This document shows positions 11,151 through 23,800 of a stretch of DNA of 64,000 nucleotides, in pieces. The translations under genes were made by a program, and so were the position numbers. Each line of letters opens with the position of its first letter. Position 1 is the stretch's first letter. The DNA comes from Octopus sinensis (Eukaryota), in assembly GCF_006345805.1 (NCBI RefSeq), contig NC_043022.1, positions 11,718,001-11,782,000 on the forward strand, in the 5' to 3' direction. The notes under the pieces are model-generated. The model saw only the letters and a list, made by a program, of their open reading frames with translations. It was not told the DNA's origin and did no database searches.

Positions 11151-11419
11151 ATTGTGTTGAGTCAAAAGTTTTGCAATATCGGAACAAGTAATAATCCCAG
11201 GAATTGTAGATATTTCATTACAAAGTCAAGTTAGGTGAGAGAAAAGAAAACAATGGAAAAAACAGAAAGCAAAAACATCCATGATTTGTAATCGTTTTCT
11301 TAGCAGCAAAACCCTTCCCAATACGTAATATATACCAGTTAAAACAATCCATTGCTCTTCCGGCAGAGACGGCAAGCCAGGGACCATTCTGAAATGATTT
11401 TCAGTTCGCTCTTAATCAT

Positions 11420-11688
11420 TCCCAGGGCTCTACAATCACTAATCTTGTAACTGCCTTGAAATGGAACATTTCAATGAGCAATGAGATTACATAGAAAGTA
11501 TTTTGCGTAGGATATGAGCAGTTCCCATGAGCACTATCTTTTGAATTTCTGCCATTTTTGGGTTTCCTGGTATCTGAGTTAGGTAGCAATCAGCCCCTTT
11601 CGCTATCATTCCAAGGGCACCTATGACAACATGTATTGTTTTAGTCTTCAGGTTCCACATTTTGCTGATTTCTATTTCAAGATCTTTA

Positions 11689-11690
<2 letters not shown>
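11420..11690 (-). mobile_element. R4/Dong-like LINE 3' fragment (restriction-like endonuclease C-terminus)
   Basis: Minus strand gives DLEIEISKMWNLKTKTIHVVIGALGMIAKG..IQKIVLMGTAHILRKILSM* (stop 11487-11489). Abuts (TTA)n at 11691-11767. Confidence 0.8.
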
Positions 11691-11767
<77 letters not shown>

Positions 11768-11770
<3 letters not shown>

Positions 11771-13573
11771 TAGTTTTATTTTTATATCGTGCTTTTACTT
11801 CACTACTGAGCGCAGCTCTGTGTGCCTTGGGTATGTGCTGTGATTTGTTGTGATGCTCTGATTGTTATTGTATGGAAAGTGTTCTGCGTAGGATGTGCCT
11901 AGTAGTGCAATTTTCTGTATGTTATATGTGTTTGTAAGTCCTGGTGTTTTTGTTATGTATTTGTCTGAATATTTTTTATCATGTCTAATACACCTATTAT
12001 GATAGGAATTGTTTCTGTTTTTAGATTCCACATTCTGGTTACCTCTATTTCCAGGTCTTTGTATTTTGAAAGTTTCTCCATTTCTTTTAGAGACACGTTG
12101 TCATCTGCCGGTATTGATACATCAATTAGAAAGCATTTTTTTCTTCATGATCTCTGACAACTATATCTGGTCTGTTGGCCTTAATTTCTCTATCTGTGTG
12201 TATCGGCATATCCCAGAGTATGGTTGCTTTCTCGTTTTCTGTGACCTTTTCTGGTGTGTGCCTATATCATCTTTTTTCTGTTGTTATTCCATAATGTTGG
12301 CATAGCTTCCAGTGTATGTAGGTTCCAACTCTGTCACGTCTGTGAATATATTCCTTCTTAGCCAGGACTGGGCAGCCAGAGATAATATGATTTATTGTTT
12401 CTTGTCCATCTCCACATATTCTGCAGTTACTTGTTATAGTTATTTTCATTACATGTTTTTGGTAATTTCTGTTGGGGAGGCTTTGGTCTTGTATTGCAAT
12501 TAAAAATCCCTCTGTCTCTGCTTTGAGTCCTGAGCTTCTCAACCATTACTAGGATTTTTCTTTGTCTATTTCTCTTGCATTAAGTTTAGTCCAGTATTTA
12601 CCATGAAGGGGCTTTTCTTGCCATCGTTTTATCATGGTTCGTTGCTGTTCTATTTTTAGTTTGGATTTCATTTGTTTTATAGCTTCTGTTGTTTCTTCAT
12701 CTTCTTCTTCTTCTTTATTTTGCTCGTGTTTTGCCGCTATTTGCATCAGTTTTCCTTCCTTCAGAAGTAGATATTTTTGCAGTCCTATGGTGGTTATTTT
12801 ATAGTAGTTTTCCAGCTGTATAAGGCCTCTACCATCTTCTATACGTTGTATATATAGTCTTTCTATGTCAGATTTTGGGTGATGCATCCTGTCATTATTT
12901 TTCTTGCTTTCCTATCTATTTTGGTCAGTTCATTTAGTGTCCAGTTAAGGATATTGTAGCTGTAACTTATAACTGGGACAGCTAAAGTGTTAATACCTAT
13001 TATCTTGTTTTTAGCATTGAGCTCTGTTTTCAGTATTGATCTAACTCGTCTATAATATTCTTTTTTTATTTTCTCTTTCATTAGTGTGTGTTGTGGATTC
13101 CTAAGTATTTGTAAGTTTGGCTTTGGTCTAATTCTTTTATTTCATTGGTTTTATCTAGTGTGATGTTGTTACTCTTAACTAGTTTTCCTCTTTTCAGGGT
13201 TACTTTGGCGCATTTTTCTAATCCAAATTTCATATCTATTTCTTTGGTAAATCCATGAACTGTCTTTAATAGTGTTTCCAGTTGTTTGTCATTTGCAGCG
13301 TATAGTTTTAGGTCATCCATATATAAAAGGTGGCTGATCGTTTTGCCGTAACATTTATATCCGCATCCAGTTCTATTTAGCATTTGTTAATGGCTAGTGT
13401 TTCGAGGATCTATGTGTGGGGGATGCTATCAAACACCTTTTTGTAGTCAATCCAGGCCATACTGAGGCCTTTCTTCTTTCTGTGGCTGTCTTTAGTTACG
13501 GCTTTATTAATCATTAGTTGATCTTTACAGCCATATGACCCTTTGCGTCATCCTTTCTGCTCTTCTGGGAACA

Positions 13574-13576
<3 letters not shown>
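11768..13576 (-). mobile_element. 5'-truncated, frameshifted R4/Dong-like non-LTR retrotransposon (RT, CCHC, RLE endonuclease)
   Basis: ISHLLYMDDLKLYA..FGLEKCAK (RT), CRICGDGQETINHIISGC (CCHC), endonuclease remnants. (TTA)n on both sides. The RT segment containing QGDSLSP is deleted near 13385. Confidence 0.88.
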
Positions 13577-13608
<32 letters not shown>

Positions 13609-13623
13609 CATCATTATTATTAT

Positions 13624-13800
13624 TCTTGAGTGAGAGAAGTTCATGCCATCACAGTGACACTATATTAAAATATACGAAGCCCAGTATACCCATCATGACT
13701 ACCCGTCTGATAAGGGTACACCAGGCACATAGATCACAACCATATGTGCGTGACATGGTGATCTCATGTGATTTGGCATTATTAGCGTAGTGTTGTGTCT
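13624..13800 (-). mobile_element. 3' end of a further (TAA)-tailed retroposon
   Basis: Non-coding segment that runs into (AAT)n on the minus strand. Family assignment is from recollection of Octopus repeats, not verified. Confidence 0.45.
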
Positions 13801-14879
13801 TGAATGCATGCTTATAATATTTGTGTCTGTGTGTTCGTGTGTGTGACAAGAGTACTGAATAAGGAATGCAAATACCATAGAGCATACGTGAAGTCTCAAC
13901 ATTTTGAGTTTAAATGAAGTTATTTTACCAGTTCATGTAGTACACGATAATGAGTTCTATATAAGATTCGAGTCTTAGAGCTGAGGTTAGTTGAGTCACT
14001 TGTCGTGCATATTTTTCTCTTGATATAGATATTCTTTCAGATATATATACTGCAACTGTTTTTCCGTGGTGAGATTTTCAGACTAACAGAATGAGTTGAA
14101 TCTGTATTTATCTTGTGTACAAGTTAAAATCTTCGTAGATAGAGATGATGTTGGTGATGACGTTCTGTCTGTCACTGGCTTACAATAGCGTCTTCATATT
14201 ATGTTTAGCTTGGCTGTCGTCTGCCTTTCGAACTGGAACATGGTTGAGTAAGCTCTGTGTGGTCTCCGACCAAGGTCGTAAGAGAATCAGCCTATTTAAA
14301 GAGTTAAGATGGCTCAAATGAAAAGTCCTGTCCGAAAGCCGTGATTGGGCAATTTACACACTGGTGCGAAGTAAGTAGAGAGACAGACCACGCTTAGATG
14401 CTAACCAATCAAAATAGTGGAGACAACAACGTTAAACTAGCCAAAGATGTTTGTAATCTCAAACGAGATCATTTTTATATTTTTCTCTAATAGTAAAGAT
14501 AGCAATGAAGAAAACTATATTGCTACAGATAGCCTCTTGCCAGACATTTTGTTGTAGACAAAACGACGATAAAATTGAAGTAAAGATGATATTCGAACGG
14601 TTGGTCAATTTAACTGGCGCTAAGTCACCTATGTAGAATGTTCGAGTGAACATGGCTGTATGATCGAAAACGTCGGCGGGTCACCACTTGTTGGAATACA
14701 ACCGTACATGAGGAGTTTTGGAGACATGTTTCTCTTGTTCAAGAGCGTCCTCACGTACGGTCGTATTCTATCACTTTTAAGTGTCTTTTGTGAGAGTTTG
14801 TGTGTCTTTTGAGAGTGTTTTCTGTTTCTTTTGTGTGACTTTTGTTTTTTGTGTTTTTGTGTGTCTTTTGTGTGTTATA

Positions 14880-17800
14880 AGCATAAAAAAGTGAACATTT
14901 CTAGTTTTATTACTATTTCTAGTAATAATTTGCACTATTTTGACACGTTTTGTATCCTACTAACTTTCAAGACTTTAGTGATCTCTTTGATAAATATAAT
15001 CTTATTATGAATCAGTTAAATTATATTGACCCTTGAGATCACTCATCTCAAAAGTTTTAAGAAAACAAAATGTGTCAAAATTTGCTAATTCAAATTTGTT
15101 GCTTTTTTAGTACTTATTTGCAATACTTTTGCATTTTGTATCCTCAAAATTTTCGAGACGTTAGTGATCTCATTGATAAATATAATCTGATTATCAATAA
15201 GTTAACAAGAGATTACTCAAGTCATAAAAGTTTTGAGAAAACAAAATGTGCCAGAATATTGCAAATAAGCATACGAAAGAGAACAAAATTGCAAATACAT
15301 ATTTATTGTTTTTTAGTACTGTTTGGCAATATTTTAAAACAATTTGTATTCTAAAAACCTTTGAAGACTTTAGTGATCTCTTGGATAAATATAACCTTAT
15401 TATCAATCAGATCACTCAAGTCACAAAAGTTTTCAGAAAACAAAATGTCTCAAAATATTGGAAATAAGCATAAAATAGAAACAAAATTGCAAATTCAAAT
15501 TTGTTGGTTTTTAGCACTTATTTACAATATTTTGAAGCATTTTTTATTAGTACTTATATGCAATACTTTGAAACATTTTGTATTCTGATAAGTTTTGACA
15601 TTTTGGTTAACTCTTTGATAATTCAAATTTGTTTTTCCTTAGTACTTACTTTTTTGCAATATTTTGACACATTCTGTATCCTGAAAACTTTTGACAATTT
15701 AGTGATCTCTTTGATAAAGTTATCTCACTATCAATCAGGTAACATATTTTGTATTCTTAAGCGTTTTGACATTTTACAGGTAACATATTAATCAAGAGAT
15801 CACCCAAGTCACAAAAGTTTTCAGAAAACAAAATATGTCAAAATATTGCAAATAAGCATAAAATAGAAACAAAATTGCAAATTCAAATTGGTTGGTTTTT
15901 AGCACTTATTTACAATATTTTGAAGCATTTTTAATTAGTACTTATATGCAATACTTTGAAACATTTTGTATTTTGATAAGTTTTGACATTTTAGATATAT
16001 TTTTGATAAATATAAACTTATTATTAATCAGGTAACTTATATTTACCCAAGATCACTCGTCACAGTTTTTAAAATATAAAGAGTCAAAATATTGCAAATA
16101 CCCATAAAAATGTGAAGAGAATTGCTAATTCAAATTTTTTTTTTTTAGTACTTATTGGCAATATTTTAACACATTCTGTATTATGAAAACTTTTTACATT
16201 TCAGTGATCTCTTTGATAAATATATTCTCACTATCATTTAGTATCAAATCACAAAAGTTATCGAAAAACAAAATATGTCAAAGTATTAGTATCCACAAAA
16301 ATTTCTTTGATAACTATAAACTTATTAATAAATATAATCTTATATTTAGCAAAGAGATCAGATTTCATAAACGTCTTCAGAAAACAAAATGTGTTAGAAT
16401 ATAAGCATAAGAAAGTCAACAAAATTGCTAATACAGTTTTCTTCTAGTACTTATTTGCAATACTTTGACACATTTTGTATCCATAAAACTTTTGACCTGA
16501 TAGTGATCTCTTTGATAAGTATAATCTTATTATCAATCAGTTAACTTATATTTACCTAACAGATATCTCTTGACAAAAGATTTCATAAAACAAAATGTCT
16601 CAAAATATTGCAAATAAGCATAAAATAGCACTTTTTTACAATATTTTGAAGCATTTTTTATTAGTACTTATATGCACTCTTATTATCAATCAGTTACCTT
16701 ATAGTTACCAAGATCACTCGTCGCAAAAGTTTTCAAAAAACAAAATGTGTTAAAATATTGCATATAATCATAACAAAGGGAACAAAACTGCTAATTCAAT
16801 TACTCTTTTTCTATTTGGAATACTTTGACACATTTTGTATCCCTAAAACTTTTGAAATATTAGTGATCTCTTTGATAAGTATAATCAGTTAACTTACATT
16901 TGCCTAACAGATAACTCAAGTCACAAAAGTTTTCAGAAAACAAAATGTCTTGCAAAGAATCATACAAAAGTGAACATTGCTAATTCAAATTTGTTTTTCC
17001 TTAGTACTTTTTTGCAATATTTTCACACATTCTGTATCCTAAAAACATTTGACACTTTAGTGATCTCTTTGATAAAGTTGTCTCACTATCAATCAGGTAA
17101 CATATTTTGTATTCTTAAAAGTTTTGACATTTTACACGTAACATATTAATCAAGAGATCACCCAAGTCACAAAAGTTTTCAGAAAACAAAATGTGTCAAA
17201 ATATTGCAAATATGCATAAAATAGAAACAAAATCGCACTTATTTACAATATTTTGAAGCATTTTTAATTAGTACTTATATGCAATACTTTGAAACATTTT
17301 GTATTTTGATAAGTTTTGACATTTTAGATATATTTTTGATAAATATAAACTTATTATTAATCAGGTAACTTATATTTACCCGAGATCACTCGTCACAGTT
17401 TTTAAAATACAAAGAGTCAAAATATTGCAAATACCCATAAAAATGTGAAGAGAATTGCTAATTCAAATTTTTTTTTTTTAGTACTTATTGGCAATATTTT
17501 AACACATTCTGTATTATGAAAACTTTTTACATTTCAGTGATCTCTTTGATAAATATATTCTCACTATCATTTAGTATCAAATCACAAAAGTTATCGAAAA
17601 ACAAAATATGTCAAAGTATTAGTATCCACAAAAATTTCTTTGATAACTATAAACTTATTAATAAATATAATCTTATATTTAGCAAAGAGATCAGATTTCA
17701 TAAACGTCTTCAGAAAACAAAATGTGTTAGAATATTGCATATAAGCATAAGAAAGTCAACAAAATTGCTAATACAGTTTTCTTCTAGTACTTATTTGCAA

Positions 17801-20800
17801 TACTTTGACACATTTTGTATCCATAAACTTTTGACCTGATAGTGATCTCTTTGATAAGTATAATCTTATTATCAATCAGTTAACTTATATTTACCTAACA
17901 GATATCTCTTGACAAAAGATTTCATAAAACAAAATGTCTCAAAATATTGCAAATAAGCATAAAATAGCACTTTTTTACAATATTTTGAAGCATTTTTTAT
18001 TAGTACTTATATGCACTCTTATTATCAATCAGTTACCTTATATTTACCAAGATCACTCGTCGCAAAAGTTTTCAAAAAACAAAATGTGTTAAAATATTGC
18101 ATATAATCATAACAAAGGGAACAAAACTGCTAATTCAATTACGTGTTCTCTATTTGGAATATTTGACACATTTTGTATCCCTAAAACTTTTGAAATATTA
18201 GTGATCTCTTTGATAAGTATAATCAGTTAACTTACATTTGCCTAACAGATAACTCAAGTCACAAAAGTTTTCAGAAAACAAAATGTCTCAGAATATTGCA
18301 AAGAATCATACAAAAGTGAACATTGCTAATTCAAATTTGTTTTTCCTTAGTACTTTTTTGCAATATTTTCACACATTCTGTATCCTAAAAACATTTGACA
18401 CTTTAGTGATCTCTGATAAAGTTGTCTCACTATCAATCAGGTAACATATTTTGTATTCTTAAAAGTTTTGACATTTTACACGTAACATATTAATCAAGAG
18501 ATCACCCAAGTCACAAAAGTTTTCAGAAAACAAAATGTGTCAAAATATTGCAAATATGCATAAAATAGAAACAAAATCGCATATTCAAATTGGTTGGTTT
18601 TTAGCACTTATTTACAATATTTTGAAGCATTTTTAATTAGTACTTATATGCAATACTTTGAAACATTTTGTATTTTGATAAGTTTTGACATTTTAGATAT
18701 ATTTTTGATAAATATAAACTTATTATTAATCAGGTAACTTATATTTACCCGAGATCACTCGTCACAGTTTTTAAAATACAAAGAGTCAAAATATTGCAAA
18801 TACCCATAAAAATGTGAAGAGAATTGCTAATTCAAATTTTTTTTTTTAGTACTTATTGGCAATATTTTAACACATTCTGTATTATGAAAACTTTTTACAT
18901 TTCAGTGATCTCTTTGATAAATATATTCTCACTATCATTTAGTATCAAATCACAAAAGTTATCGAAAAACAAAATATGTCAAAGTATTAGTATCCACAAA
19001 AATTTCTTTGATAACTATAAACTTATTAATAAATATAATCTTATATTTAGCAAAGAGATCAGATTTCATAAACGTCTTCAGAAAACAAAATGTGTTAGAA
19101 TATTGCATATAAGCATAAGAAAGTCAACAAAATTGCTAATACAGTTTTCTTCTAGTACTTATTTGCAATACTTTGACACATTTTGTATCCATAAACTTTT
19201 GACCTGATAGTGATCTCTTTGATAAGTATAATCTTATTATCAATCAGTTAACTTATATTTACCTAACAGATATCTCTTGACAAAAGATTTCATAAAACAA
19301 AATGTCTCAAAATATTGCAAATAAGCATAAAATAGCACTTTTTTACAATATTTTGAAGCATTTTTTATTAGTACTTATATGCACTCTTATTATCAATCAG
19401 TTACCTTATATTTACCAAGATCACTCGTCGCAAAAGTTTTCAAAAAACAAAATGTGTTAAAATATTGCATATAATCATAACAAAGGGAACAAAACTGCTA
19501 ATTCAATTACTTGTTCTCTATTTGGAATATTTGACACATTTTGTATCCCTAAAACTTTTGAAATATTAGTGATCTCTTTGATAAGTATAATCAGTTAACT
19601 TACATTTGCCTAACAGATAACTCAAGTCACAAAAGTTTTCAGAAAACAAAATGTCTTGCAAAGAATCATACAAAAGTGAACATTGCTAATTCAAATTTGT
19701 TTTTCCTTAGTACTTTTTTGCAATATTTTCACACATTCTGTATCCTAAAAACATTTGACACTTTAGTGATCTCTTTGATAAAGTTGTCTCACTATCAATC
19801 AGGTAACATATTTTGTATTCTTAAAAGTTTTGACATTTTACACGTAACATATTAATCAAGAGATCACCCAAGTCACAAAAGTTTTCAGAAAACAAAATGT
19901 GTCAAAATATTGCAAATATGCATAAAATAGAAACAAAATCGCACTTATTTACAATATTTTGAAGCATTTTTAATTAGTACTTATATGCAATACTTTGAAA
20001 CATTTTGTATTTTGATAAGTTTTGACATTTTAGATATATTTTTGATAAATATAAACTTATTATTAATCAGGTAACTTATATTTACCCGAGATCACTCGTC
20101 ACAGTTTTTAAAATACAAAGAGTCAAAATATTGCAAATACCCATAAAAATGTGAAGAGAATTGCTAATTCAAATTTTTTTTTTTTAGTACTTATTGGCAA
20201 TATTTTAACACATTCTGTATTATGAAAACTTTTTACATTTCAGTGATCTCTTTGATAAATATATTCTCACTATCATTTAGTATCAAATCACAAAAGTTAT
20301 CGAAAAACAAAATATGTCAAAGTATTAGTATCCACAAAAATTTCTTTGATAACTATAAACTTATTAATAAATATAATCTTATATTTAGCAAAGAGATCAG
20401 ATTTCATAAACGTCTTCAGAAAACAAAATGTGTTAGAATATAAGCATAAGAAAGTCAACAAAATTGCTAATACAGTTTTCTTCTAGTACTTATTTGCAAT
20501 ACTTTGACACATTTTGTATCCATAAAACTTTTGACCTGATAGTGATCTCTTTGATAAGTATAATCTTATTATCAATCAGTTAACTTATATTTACCTAACA
20601 GATATCTCTTGACAAAAGATTTCATAAAACAAAATGTCTCAAAATATTGCAAATAAGCATAAAATAGCACTTTTTTACAATATTTTGAAGCATTTTTTAT
20701 TAGTACTTATATGCACTCTTATTATCAATCAGTTACCTTATATTTACCAAGATCACTCGTCGCAAAAGTTTTCAAAAAACAAAATGTGTTAAAATATTGC

Positions 20801-23800
20801 ATATAATCATAACAAAGGGAACAAAACTGCTAATTCAATTACTTGTTCTCTATTTGGAATATTTGACACATTTTGTATCCCTAAAACTTTTGAAATATTA
20901 GTGATCTCTTTGATAAGTATAATCAGTTAACTTACATTTGCCTAACAGATAACTCAAGTCACAAAAGTTTTCAGAAAACAAAATGTCTCAGAATATTGCA
21001 AAGAATCATACAAAAGTGAACATTGCTAATTCAAATTTGTTTTTCCTTAGTACTTTTTTGCAATATTTTCACACATTCTGTATCCTAAAAACATTTGACA
21101 CTTTAGTGATCTCTGATAAAGTTGTCTCACTATCAATCAGGTAACATATTTTGTATTCTTAAAAGTTTTGACATTTTACACGTAACATATTAATCAAGAG
21201 ATCACCCAAGTCACAAAAGTTTTCAGAAAACAAAATGTGTCAAAATATTGCAAATATGCATAAAATAGAAACAAAATCGCATATTCAAATTGGTTGGTTT
21301 TTAGCACTTATTTACAATATTTTGAAGCATTTTTAATTAGTACTTATATGCAATACTTTGAAACATTTTGTATTTTGATAAGTTTTGACATTTTAGATAT
21401 ATTTTTGATAAATATAAACTTATTATTAATCAGGTAACTTATATTTACCCGAGATCACTCGTCACAGTTTTTAAAATACAAAGAGTCAAAATATTGCAAA
21501 TACCCATAAAAATGTGAAGAGAATTGCTAATTCAAATTTTTTTTTTTTAGTACTTATTGGCAATATTTTAACACATTCTGTATTATGAAAACTTTTTACA
21601 TTTCAGTGATCTCTTTGATAAATATATTCTCACTATCATTTAGTATCAAATCACAAAAGTTATCGAAAAACAAAATATGTCAAAGTATTAGTATCCACAA
21701 AAATTTCTTTGATAACTATAAACTTATTAATAAATATAATCTTATATTTAGCAAAGAGATCAGATTTCATAAACGTCTTCAGAAAACAAAATGTGTTAGA
21801 ATATAAGCATAAGAAAGTCAACAAAATTGCTAATACAGTTTTCTTCTAGTACTTATTTGCAATACTTTGACACATTTTGTATCCATAAAACTTTTGACCT
21901 GATAGTCAATCAGTTAACTTATATTTACCTAACAGATATCTCTTGACAAAAGATTTCATAAAACAAAATGTCTCAAAATATTGCAAATAAGCATAAAATA
22001 GCACTTTTTTACAATATTTTGAAGCATTTTTTATTAGTACTTATATGCACTCTTATTATCAATCAGTTACCTTATATTTACCAAGATCACTCGTCGCAAA
22101 AGTTTTCAAAAAACAAAATGTGTTAAAATATTGCATATAATCATAACAAAGGGAACAAAACTGCTAATTCAATTACTTGTTCTCTATTTGGAATATTTGA
22201 CACATTTTGTATCCCTAAAACTTTTGAAATATTAGTGATCTCTTTGATAAGTATAATCAGTTAACTTACATTTGCCTAACAGATAACTCAAGTCACAAAA
22301 GTTTTCAGAAAACAAAATGTCTTGCAAAGAATCATACAAAAGTGAACATTGCTAATTCAAATTTGTTTTTCCTTAGTACTTTTTTGCAATATTTTCACAC
22401 ATTCTGTATCCTAAAAACATTTGACACTTTAGTGATCTCTTTGATAAAGTTGTCTCACTATCAATCAGGTAACATATTTTGTATTCTTAAAAGTTTTGAC
22501 ATTTTACACGTAACATATTAATCAAGAGATCACCCAAGTCACAAAAGTTTTCAGAAAACAAAATGTGTCAAAATATTGCAAATATGCATAAAATAGAAAC
22601 AAAATCGCACTTATTTACAATATTTTGAAGCATTTTTAATTAGTACTTATATGCAATACTTTGAAACATTTTGTATTTTGATAAGTTTTGACATTTTAGA
22701 TATATTTTTGATAAATATAAACTTATTATTAATCAGGTAACTTATATTTACCCGAGATCACTCGTCACAGTTTTTAAAATACAAAGAGTCAAAATATTGC
22801 AAATACCCATAAAAATGTGAAGAGAATTGCTAATTCAAATTTTTTTTTTTTAGTACTTATTGGCAATATTTTAACACATTCTGTATTATGAAAACTTTTT
22901 ACATTTCAGTGATCTCTTTGATAAATATATTCTCACTATCATTTAGTATCAAATCACAAAAGTTATCGAAAAACAAAATATGTCAAAGTATTAGTATCCA
23001 CAAAAATTTCTTTGATAACTATAAACTTATTAATAAATATAATCTTATATTTAGCAAAGAGATCAGATTTCATAAACGTCTTCAGAAAACAAAATGTGTT
23101 AGAATATAAGCATAAGAAAGTCAACAAAATTGCTAATACAGTTTTCTTCTAGTACTTATTTGCAATACTTTGACACATTTTGTATCCATAAAACTTTTGA
23201 CCTGATAGTGATCTCTTTGATAAGTATAATCTTATTATCAATCAGTTAACTTATATTTACCTAACAGATATCTCTTGACAAAAGATTTCATAAAACAAAA
23301 TGTCTCAAAATATTGCAAATAAGCATAAAATAGCACTTTTTTACAATATTTTGAAGCATTTTTTATTAGTACTTATATGCACTCTTATTATCAATCAGTT
23401 ACCTTATATTTACCAAGATCACTCGTCGCAAAAGTTTTCAAAAAACAAAATGTGTTAAAATATTGCATATAATCATAACAAAGGGAACAAAACTGCTAAT
23501 TCAATTACTTGTTCTCTATTTGGAATATTTGACACATTTTGTATCCCTAAAACTTTTGAAATATTAGTGATCTCTTTGATAAGTATAATCAGTTAACTTA
23601 CATTTGCCTAACAGATAACTCAAGTCACAAAAGTTTTCAGAAAACAAAATGTCTTGCAAAGAATCATACAAAAGTGAACATTGCTAATTCAAATTTGTTT
23701 TTCCTTAGTACTTTTTTGCAATATTTTCACACATTCTGTATCCTAAAAACATTTGACACTTTAGTGATCTCTTTGATAAAGTTGTCTCACTATCAATCAG

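Noticed and set aside
14100-14860. Possible solo LTR or promoter (CCAAT and TATA-like motifs) before the satellite
   Set aside because: I could not identify TG..CA ends, a TSD or a second copy, so there is insufficient support.
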